From positions 1 through 50,364 of the forward strand of contig JAAZXP010000004.1 of NCBI GenBank assembly GCA_014240055.1: a DNA stretch of 50,364 bases, in the 5' to 3' direction. This stretch comes from Methanobacteriota archaeon. GTDB lineage: Archaea; Thermoplasmatota; Poseidoniia; MGIII; CG-Epi1. Shown here piece by piece: positions 1-7,103 of this stretch. Below the pieces are notes generated by a model. It worked only from the letters and a program-made list of their open reading frames with translations, was not told the DNA's origin and searched no databases. Position numbers and translations under genes: made by a program. Each line of letters begins with the position of its first letter. Positions within the stretch are counted from its first letter, which is position 1.

Positions 1-700
1 TATTTACACCAGGTGAAGGAAGCGACCTAGAGTTATTACAAACCACTTTTGAGGGGCGATCAGGACCTCCTTGAGATCGAGGGAGAGCCCCATCTCCATC
101 AGCATCATTTGTAGTAGGTACTCCTGCCGCAGCTTTTACTATTTCCAATCCTTCTCTTACTACTCCAAATACGGCATAACCGGGGTCATCTTCTAAAGTT
201 CTATTTCCATTATCTAATCCGTGCTGAGGAGTATCGCAGATATAAAATTGGCTTGATGCTGAATCAGGGTCGGTACCTCTAGCCATTCCAATAGCTCCAT
301 TAATATGTGTCAAATTTTCATGTATTTCTAATGGAATGGTATTATCTGAGCCTCCATCTCCACATGTTGGATTAGTTCCAGGATAAGCTATGACTTCAGT
401 GCATGAAGGATCGCCACTTTGTATTACAAAGTCGTTAATAATTCTGTGAAAGAAAATGCCATCATAGAAACCTTGTTCAGTAAGGCCCACAAAATTTTCT
501 ACAGTAACTGGAGCCCAATTCAAAAAGAGTTCTAGTACAATTTCACCTTCAAAGCTATTTCCTCCTCCCGTTCCTGGCACGTATGTTAAATTAATAACAA
601 CAATTGGATTTCCCACAAACGATTCTTCCATTGGGCTTGCATCTGCCTTAGCTGTGGGCGTGAAAAGCATCATTGTTAGTAGTAGAATTAATATTCTCAC
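1..700 (-). CDS. Secreted cyclophilin-type peptidyl-prolyl cis-trans isomerase (C-terminus runs off the window edge)
   Basis: Absent from the ORF track because it stays open to position 1. Hand translation of the minus strand from GTG at 700-698 gives VRILILLLTMMLFTPTAKA (signal peptide). It continues FEGEIVLELFLNWAPVTVENFVGLTEQGFYDGIFFHRIINDFVIQSGDP ... GAIGMARGTDPDSASSQFYICD, the cyclophilin core. I checked that no stop occurs down to position 2. Alternative ATG starts lie at 673 and 670. Confidence 0.8.
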   Translation of the reverse strand, partial: MRILILLLTMMLFTPTAKADASPMEESFVGNPIVVINLTYVPGTGGGNSFEGEIVLELFLNWAPVTVENFVGLTEQGFYDGIFFHRIINDFVIQSGDPSCTEVIAYPGTNPTCGDGGSDNTIPLEIHENLTHINGAIGMARGTDPDSASSQFYICDTPQHGLDNGNRTLEDDPGYAVFGVVREGLEIVKAAAGVPTTNDADGDGALPRSQGGPDRPSKVVCNNSRSLPSPGVN

Positions 701-776
701 ATAATGCCTATTTTTGGCTTCTTTATACGATTATAGTATAGAGGAAGTCTTAAATCCACATCAAATTAAGAATAGT

Positions 777-1133
777 ATGGATATTAAGGTAACTGAGATG
801 GCAAAATCGAGATTACACGAAATGGGAGTCTCGGAGGATGTTTTTTTACGAATAGGAGTCAAATCTGGAGGGTGCTCAGGTAATACATATGATGCAGTTC
901 TAGATGATAGCATGCAGGAATTTGATGATGTTTATTACACAGATGATAAACTTCGTATTGTTTCAGATAAAATAAGTTCAGTACACTTGGACGGCCTTAC
1001 AATTGATTTTTCTAATGACTTAATAGAACCAGGATTTAGACTAACAAACGGTAATGCACAAGGATCTTGTGGTTGTGGTTCGAGTTTTAGCACTGAACCT
1101 AAAGTAAACACAGAAACTAGTTTCTCGGTATAA
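777..1133 (+). CDS. iscA: HesB/IscA-family iron-sulfur cluster insertion protein
   Basis: Carries CSGNTY and the C-terminal GSCGCGSSF three-Cys signature of A-type carriers. The canonical N-terminus MDIKVTEMAKSRLHEMG starts at ATG 777. I prefer it to the track's TTG at 714. Confidence 0.8.
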   Translation: MDIKVTEMAKSRLHEMGVSEDVFLRIGVKSGGCSGNTYDAVLDDSMQEFDDVYYTDDKLRIVSDKISSVHLDGLTIDFSNDLIEPGFRLTNGNAQGSCGCGSSFSTEPKVNTETSFSV

Positions 1134-1135
1134 AT

Positions 1136-1354
1136 ATGGTAATAAGTCCAATTTCAATATTAGGTGGAGAATCAGTCTATTGCATTAATGAAGCTCAGAT
1201 GCGTGATGCTCAAAGGTTAGCGAATGAAGATGCAGAATCTTCCAAGAAGATACAATTTCAACTTAAAGAAATAGAAACAAATTTCTCCCGTAATGAAAGA
1301 GCAGCTTTAGCCTTTACAATAATTGAAAATCTTCGTGAAAATCGCGAAAAATAA
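1136..1354 (+). CDS. Hypothetical 72-aa protein, packed between iscA and the DUF2237 gene (2-nt gaps either side)
   Basis: Called on ORF and operon packing only. No recognisable motif. Confidence 0.4.
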   Translation: MVISPISILGGESVYCINEAQMRDAQRLANEDAESSKKIQFQLKEIETNFSRNERAALAFTIIENLRENREK

Positions 1355-1356
1355 TT

Positions 1357-1722
1357 ATGGAAGAATCTATTAATGTATTGGGAGGTCCTTTAGAAACATG
1401 TTCAGTAGATCCAATAACTGGTTGGTTTAGGGATGGTTGTTGTAATACAGATAATAGCGATTTTGGAAGGCATATTGTTTGCGTAGTAATGACTGATGTA
1501 TTCCTTGCATTTTCTAAAGGTGCGGGAAATGATTTGAGTACTCCCAATTCAGGTTTTCCGGGTTTGAAAGAGGGTGATCGATGGTGCCTTTGCCTATCTC
1601 GCTGGGTAGAAGCTTATGATGCCGGAATGGCTCCTGAGGTAGTTTTAGAAGCTACACATGAGTCTGCTTTAGATATGGTTGATTTAGAAAAATTAAAAGA
1701 GTATGCTTACAAAGAAGATTAA
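1357..1722 (+). CDS. DUF2237-family Cys-rich protein
   Basis: GGPLETCSVDPITGWFRDGCCNT ... HIVCVVMTDVFLAF ... GDRWCLCLSRWVEA matches the DUF2237 pattern as I remember it. Confidence 0.6.
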   Translation: MEESINVLGGPLETCSVDPITGWFRDGCCNTDNSDFGRHIVCVVMTDVFLAFSKGAGNDLSTPNSGFPGLKEGDRWCLCLSRWVEAYDAGMAPEVVLEATHESALDMVDLEKLKEYAYKED

Positions 1723-1723
1723 T

Positions 1724-2659
1724 TTATTTGTGTAAATCTTTTCTTGTGTCGTTGTCAGTTCCCCAATTATTTACAAATTCTTTAGTTTTTTCATACATTT
1801 CTTCAAAAGAATCCCAAATGTATAAGATTGGTTGATATTTTGTAACATCGTATGGTTGTATTTCCATCTCTTCAAAATTAGGTTTTCTATATTCGACTTC
1901 ACCAGATGCACATGCATGTTCCATTTCTCCGAAGGAAGACAGTAAACCAGGTCCAACTGCTTTGACTTGTCCCTGTTCTCGACATGCTCCAAATTCAAGT
2001 ACAAACCAATAGATAGTTCCTAGGCGCTTTATTGCTTCTTCACTATTTGTTCGCATGTCAGCCTCACCGAATAGAATATTCAATTCAGCCCATTCAGGAA
2101 CTCCTAGCATTGCAGTATGCCCTACTAATTCATGTACAACATCTGGTTCAGGTGTATAAAATGGTCTTGATGAATGTCTAATATATTGCGTCGATAAAAA
2201 TACTTTATTTGCCAGAGCAGTATGGAATGTTTTAGGGTGAACTAGGCCACCGACTGGTTCCTGTCTAAAACCCGTCATATTTTGTAATGTTTCACTTACT
2301 TCTTGTAATTGTGGTATTCTATCATTTGGTAAACCTAGTTTTTTGGCATTGTCTAGATATTGTTTACAGGCATATTTTTCATGAACTGGAGCTATTCTTT
2401 CCATTATTGCAGCCCAAACAGCATCTTCATCTTCAGAATAAGGTGCATGTGGAATTTTAGTATTTCTTCGTTCTTCCATGGTCATATCGTTCCATTCCAT
2501 TGCAATTTTTGCAATTTCATTTCTTCTTGAACGATATCCTTCATCTTTGAATCCCGGGTGGTCGGGATCTAGTTCTACGAAAACATTTCCTCCAACTATC
2601 TTTACGGCTGAATTTGCTTCATCCGTTTCTTCACTTACTCCTTCAGTTGGTCCATGCAT
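1724..2659 (-). CDS. phhA: Pterin-dependent aromatic amino acid hydroxylase (phenylalanine 4-monooxygenase-like)
   Basis: Has the iron 2-His-1-carboxylate motif PDVVHELVGHTAML plus YWFVLEFG. Also DPDHPGFKDEGYRSRR and the LSSFGE region typical of the family. Confidence 0.85.
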   Translation of the reverse strand: MHGPTEGVSEETDEANSAVKIVGGNVFVELDPDHPGFKDEGYRSRRNEIAKIAMEWNDMTMEERRNTKIPHAPYSEDEDAVWAAIMERIAPVHEKYACKQYLDNAKKLGLPNDRIPQLQEVSETLQNMTGFRQEPVGGLVHPKTFHTALANKVFLSTQYIRHSSRPFYTPEPDVVHELVGHTAMLGVPEWAELNILFGEADMRTNSEEAIKRLGTIYWFVLEFGACREQGQVKAVGPGLLSSFGEMEHACASGEVEYRKPNFEEMEIQPYDVTKYQPILYIWDSFEEMYEKTKEFVNNWGTDNDTRKDLHK

Positions 2660-2765
2660 CTAGTATCACTAAGATGTCAATAGCAGGACATAATAAATGC
2701 ATTGTTATGATAAATATCAGCTTTAATACCTATACTTATTTATGCCTTCTAGATAACTTAAGAAT

Positions 2766-3242
2766 ATGGATATAGAGCAGGAAGACCGAACATTGAAAAT
2801 AATTATGTTTTTGTCTGTAATCGGTTTGATTGATTCTATTTATCTATCTTATTTACATCATCTTGTCGCAGGAGGTGGCGGATGTCCAACTCAAAATCTT
2901 CCAGGCTTGGATTGTGGAATTGTTTTAGCAAGTGAGCAGGCTAAATTCTTTGGAATACCTGTAGCATGGTTAGGAGTTCTTGGTTTTATTGGATTATTTG
3001 GTTTATCTTTAGATCGTTATCTCAATATGGATCAGAATCGAACTCATTACAACATTTTATTATTGCCTATAATTGGATTGATAGGTACCGGATTTGGTAT
3101 ATATTTAACATATGCTGAGGCCTTTATCATTCATGAATGGTGTCCTTTCTGCTTGGTAGCTTTTGGATTGACTTTGGCAGCAACCTTTTTTTCCCTTAGG
3201 GAATACGGTGTTGACTTGAAAGAATTATTTGGAGATAAATAA
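2766..3242 (+). CDS. Vitamin K epoxide reductase (VKOR)-family membrane thiol oxidoreductase
   Basis: Four or five hydrophobic helices. Loop Cys pair (GGGCPTQNLPGLDCG) and the active-site CxxC at a helix start (HEWCPFCLV). Confidence 0.75.
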   Translation: MDIEQEDRTLKIIMFLSVIGLIDSIYLSYLHHLVAGGGGCPTQNLPGLDCGIVLASEQAKFFGIPVAWLGVLGFIGLFGLSLDRYLNMDQNRTHYNILLLPIIGLIGTGFGIYLTYAEAFIIHEWCPFCLVAFGLTLAATFFSLREYGVDLKELFGDK

Positions 3243-3848
3243 ATGGCATCGAAACGAAGGCGTAAGCTAGAAAAAAAGCAATCTGAGGCTGGTAATGACC
3301 AAATTGCAGCTAGACGTGAGGCATTTAATGACAATTTGTGGAAAATAGGTTTACCTATCGGAGTAGCAATTGTATTAGTCACTGCAGTTTATTTTGGATT
3401 TTTTTATGAATTAGGAACTCCAAGTGCAGACTCCTGGGAGTTCGAAGAGGCTGAGACTGGAGTGGTCTATTCATCTGAAGATTACTATGATAATGGAAAG
3501 TTAACCTTTGTTGAATTTTTCCATAGCGATTGTGGTCACTGCCAAGAACAAACGGGTCCACTGAAAGAAATTTATGAAGAATATGGGAAAAATAATACAA
3601 TTGATATGTTTTCGATTGGTGGTTATAAATTAAGTCAACAAGATACTAAAAATGATATTAAGGATTTTAAGTTTAAATACACTTTACTTTGGCCTCACTT
3701 ACATGACACTAATGGTGAATTAATGAGAGATTATGGCTTCACATCATACCCTTCGATGGTACTCATTAAAGACGGCGAGATTGTCTATACACATAGTGGT
3801 CAGTTATCATATGATGAGCTTTCTAAGGAAATTGAAAAATATAAATAG
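3243..3848 (+). CDS. Membrane-anchored thioredoxin-fold (TlpA/DsbA-like) protein with a CGHC active site
   Basis: Basic N-tail plus one TM (IGLPIGVAIVLVTAVYFGFF). Then FVEFFHSDCGHCQEQ and SYPSMVLIKDGEIV (cis-Pro region). The start abuts the VKOR stop (TAAATG). Confidence 0.75.
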   Translation: MASKRRRKLEKKQSEAGNDQIAARREAFNDNLWKIGLPIGVAIVLVTAVYFGFFYELGTPSADSWEFEEAETGVVYSSEDYYDNGKLTFVEFFHSDCGHCQEQTGPLKEIYEEYGKNNTIDMFSIGGYKLSQQDTKNDIKDFKFKYTLLWPHLHDTNGELMRDYGFTSYPSMVLIKDGEIVYTHSGQLSYDELSKEIEKYK

Positions 3849-3855
3849 ATAAAAT

Positions 3856-5316
3856 ATGATAAATAAAGCAGCTTTAACATTTGTAATAACAATTTTATTT
3901 GCTTTTACAGGTTGTATTGATAATTTGAAAGGTTCAGATCCTAATGCTTTTTGGGGTGATGATTGCTCAGATGAATCTTCAGACTGTCCCGAAGGTCCAG
4001 CACCAGCTTTTGTTTTAGTGGATCAAAATAATACAGCTGTCAATCTATCTCAATTCGAGGGTAAAATAGTAGTTATGACGTTTGTTTTTACTAATTGTCC
4101 GGACATTTGCCCAGCTGTCACTTATCAAATGAAAAAATTATCAGAGGAGCTTGGTGACGCTTATGAAGAATCCGTAGTTTTCCTTTCCGTAACTGTAGAT
4201 CCTAAAAGAGATACTCCTGAAGAATTAGCAGCTTTTGCATCTAGCTATAATGCTAATTGGCAGTTTTTAACAGTAAATTCTACATTTCCTGATAATCATA
4301 TGGATGCAATGTGGAGCGATTACAATGTTCAGGTTCTAGTAGAACCAGATGCTTGTTCTGGCTACGGCCACTATATGGAAGGATATGATGGATGTCATTG
4401 TAATCCGGGATACATGCAAGATTCGAATGATACTACCTTTGGAATGGATGTTTGTATTTCAGATCCAAATTATGAGTTTACAGATTTAGTTTTTGACGAA
4501 GGGAGTATTGAATTTCAAATAATGTCTGCATTAGATCTTAGAGCGGCATCTAATGGAATTATTACTGATGAAAATGCAATGCTTGGAATAGAAACCTTAA
4601 TTTCACAAACTTTTGGTTCTCAGTGGAATCTTAATGATGTTGAGGGGAATGAACACAAATCCAAAGATTATTACAAACAGAATTTGACATTAATTGAATT
4701 TTTCCATACAGACTGCGTACATTGTCAAAATCAAATTCCAGCATTGAAAGAATTCTATTCTAATTATTCATCTGAAGTAAATCTATTGTCTATAGGTGGC
4801 TATAGTATGGGTAGTAATGGAGATAATTTAACAAAGTTACAAGACTTTGTTTCAGAGCATAACACAACATGGCCCTATCTTTATGACGACGAATATTCTT
4901 TAATTCAAGCTTTTGGGCATAATTCTTATCCAAGTTGGACTCTACTTGCAGGAGACATGGAAGAAGGTAAGGCACAAGTTGTAGCTAAAGCCTCTGGAAG
5001 TCAAACATATGACCAATTAGTGGAACTTGTTACTAATTTTACAGAGCCTATGAATGTTAGTATTCCAATGACTCAAATACTTGATAATCTTACACATTGG
5101 GAGAAAGGACATATCTCCAATGAAACTATGATAGAATATATTTCAACTTTCTTAAATTATGGTTCTTTAGAAACTGTAGATGATTCTGAGGTATATGGAG
5201 TTAGTCACTCTGCTAGATTGTACATTATAGATCAAGAAGGTAATTTTAGAGTACTTTGGAGAGGCTATGAGTGGACTTATGCTTCTTTGTATCACGATGT
5301 TGTACTTCTTCTTTAG
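3856..5316 (+). CDS. SCO1/SenC copper chaperone lipoprotein interrupted by a roughly 280-aa insert containing a CVHC thioredoxin-fold domain
   Basis: Lipobox-like FAFTGC. SCO1 motif VVMTFVFTNCPDICP plus VTVDPKRDTPEEL. The conserved C-terminal YGVSHSARLYIIDQEGN (Cu-ligand His) appears only after the insert. The insert carries LIEFFHTDCVHCQNQ ... SYPSWTLL. Confidence 0.8.
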   Translation: MINKAALTFVITILFAFTGCIDNLKGSDPNAFWGDDCSDESSDCPEGPAPAFVLVDQNNTAVNLSQFEGKIVVMTFVFTNCPDICPAVTYQMKKLSEELGDAYEESVVFLSVTVDPKRDTPEELAAFASSYNANWQFLTVNSTFPDNHMDAMWSDYNVQVLVEPDACSGYGHYMEGYDGCHCNPGYMQDSNDTTFGMDVCISDPNYEFTDLVFDEGSIEFQIMSALDLRAASNGIITDENAMLGIETLISQTFGSQWNLNDVEGNEHKSKDYYKQNLTLIEFFHTDCVHCQNQIPALKEFYSNYSSEVNLLSIGGYSMGSNGDNLTKLQDFVSEHNTTWPYLYDDEYSLIQAFGHNSYPSWTLLAGDMEEGKAQVVAKASGSQTYDQLVELVTNFTEPMNVSIPMTQILDNLTHWEKGHISNETMIEYISTFLNYGSLETVDDSEVYGVSHSARLYIIDQEGNFRVLWRGYEWTYASLYHDVVLLL

Positions 5317-5351
5317 GAAAACCCTAATACCCACTTATTCAATAAGGTAGT

Positions 5352-5798
5352 ATGTCACTCCTATCTTTTACAGAGGAAAGTTTGGTTTTTTTTGATAACG
5401 AATTTAGTTATATTAGCATAATTGGTGCGAGTATTTCGGTTTTTCTTGGCATTGTGATGACACAATCCGGTTTTGACAAAATATTTAATTGGGAAGGTGA
5501 GTTAGATTTCATTACTGGGAAGTTTGCTAAGACACCTTTAGCTAATTTTTCGGCATTTGGTTTAATACAAGTAACAATATTTGAAATATTATCAGGTGTA
5601 TTGTCCATATTTGGCTCAATTATGGCCTTATTTTACAATGATTATTCTTATGGAATAATGGGTTTAATTTTAGCTGCTTCATCTTTAGCCATTCTAATGT
5701 TAGGTCAAAGGATATCAAAAGACTATGAAGGAGCTGCAGTCTTAGTTCCTTACTATATCTTAACTATGTTTGGATTATTTGTTTACACTCAGCTTTAG
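5352..5798 (+). CDS. DoxX-like four-helix membrane protein
   Basis: Hydrophobicity pattern and weak DoxX-like features only. Its 3' end overlaps the convergent coxD stop by 4 nt. Confidence 0.4.
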   Translation: MSLLSFTEESLVFFDNEFSYISIIGASISVFLGIVMTQSGFDKIFNWEGELDFITGKFAKTPLANFSAFGLIQVTIFEILSGVLSIFGSIMALFYNDYSYGIMGLILAASSLAILMLGQRISKDYEGAAVLVPYYILTMFGLFVYTQL

Positions 5799-6175
5799 AA
5801 ACCACAAATTGTAGCTAAATCATCTACAGCACCAGGAGTTGTTAATCCAATTGCTAAAAATAATACGGCCATAAAAAATGCAGGAACTGCAGCAGTATGT
5901 GTGACAAGTGGAGGATCCCAAGTCATATGCATAAAGAAAGAACAGATAAACCAACATTTAATGACTGCAATACCAAATAAGATAACCATAGTTACTCCGA
6001 AAGAGAATTCTTTCAGTATTGCACCAACTTCAAGAAGTGTCCATAAAACAAGCCATAAGAAAACTTTTAGGAATCCCTCGATGGGGCTTTCACTATGACC
6101 AAATGTAACCCATGATGGGAACGAGTGGTCGTGATGTTCGTCTTGCTCATGTCCAGAATTGATTTCTTCACTCAT
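5795..6175 (-). CDS. Haem-copper oxidase subunit IV (prokaryotic COX4 family)
   Basis: VILFGIAVIKCWFICSFFMHM resembles the a.vKa.lv..yFMHL signature. Lies last in the cox operon. I moved the start to ATG 6175 (MSEEINSG), which has GAGG 7 nt upstream and avoids overlap with coxC. Confidence 0.6.
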   Translation of the reverse strand: MSEEINSGHEQDEHHDHSFPSWVTFGHSESPIEGFLKVFLWLVLWTLLEVGAILKEFSFGVTMVILFGIAVIKCWFICSFFMHMTWDPPLVTHTAAVPAFFMAVLFLAIGLTTPGAVDDLATICGF

Positions 6176-6182
6176 TTTTTCC

Positions 6183-7103
6183 TCAATATAAATAAAAGAA
6201 TGGGAATACAAAAACCCATACTAAGTCGACGTAGTGCCAATATAAACCGAATAATTCGATTGTATCATGGTATTCTTCATTGTAGCCATCCTTATTGGAT
6301 TTAGCGATTAAATAAACCAAGGCGATTAATCCTACAAAAACATGAGCTCCATGAGTCCCCGTTGTTATGTAGAAAGTACTTCCTTCCAAACTAGTATCTA
6401 ACCAGAATCCATTTTCGTATTTTGGAGCAATACAATGATGCGCTATATCTTGAGCTGCAATACTGCATTTTTCTCCCCAGAAGTGCCCATCTTTCATTTC
6501 ACCCCATTCCCAAAGTTTTAGGACTAAGAAAATAGTACCTAGGATTAAAGTTGCAGTTAGGTATCTTGTTGTGGCTTTTGGATTATTATTCTTGGCAGCA
6601 TATAGAGCTAAAACCACCGTTAAACTACTTAGTAGAAGGGCAAAAGTATTTATGACTCCAAACACTAAATGACTTCGAATCACATCTGCTGCAGGGACCC
6701 AGCATAGTTCAAAATCCACTCCACAATCAATTCCAGGATCATAATCCGGAACAGCTGCACGATATCTTAGATAAGCACTCAAAAGAGTACTGAAAACCAT
6801 AACTTCAGTTAGTAAGAAAATCCACATTCCAAATTTACGAGTAGTAATAGTGCCCCAGTATTCATGATAAACTTCAATTTCTTCACCTTCTTCAGTAGTT
6901 TGATTCCAATAATCTTGTACCCATATCATAAAACCAGTAAGCATACCAGCAAGACCAAAAAAGAAAATGAACCAATATCCAGTATCTCCGTTTTTATCTT
7001 CACCACCTGCTGTAGCCATTACTAATCCAATAAACATTACAGCTGAAGCTACACAAAATAAAAATGGAGCGATAGTACCATGGTGTCCATGCTCATCACT
7101 CAT
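6183..7103 (-). CDS. coxC: Cytochrome c oxidase subunit III
   Basis: TGTHGAHVFVGL and LYWHYVDLVWVFVFPFFYLY. The start overlaps the coxA stop by 1 nt (TAATG). Confidence 0.9.
   Translation of the reverse strand: MSDEHGHHGTIAPFLFCVASAVMFIGLVMATAGGEDKNGDTGYWFIFFFGLAGMLTGFMIWVQDYWNQTTEEGEEIEVYHEYWGTITTRKFGMWIFLLTEVMVFSTLLSAYLRYRAAVPDYDPGIDCGVDFELCWVPAADVIRSHLVFGVINTFALLLSSLTVVLALYAAKNNNPKATTRYLTATLILGTIFLVLKLWEWGEMKDGHFWGEKCSIAAQDIAHHCIAPKYENGFWLDTSLEGSTFYITTGTHGAHVFVGLIALVYLIAKSNKDGYNEEYHDTIELFGLYWHYVDLVWVFVFPFFYLY

Noticed and set aside
714-776. TTG start at 714 for iscA and ATG at 6211 for coxD as given by the ORF track
   Set aside because: The extensions add non-conserved N-terminal residues. 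Internal ATGs (777 and 6175) give canonical N-termini, and for coxD also a GAGG upstream with no overlap into coxC.
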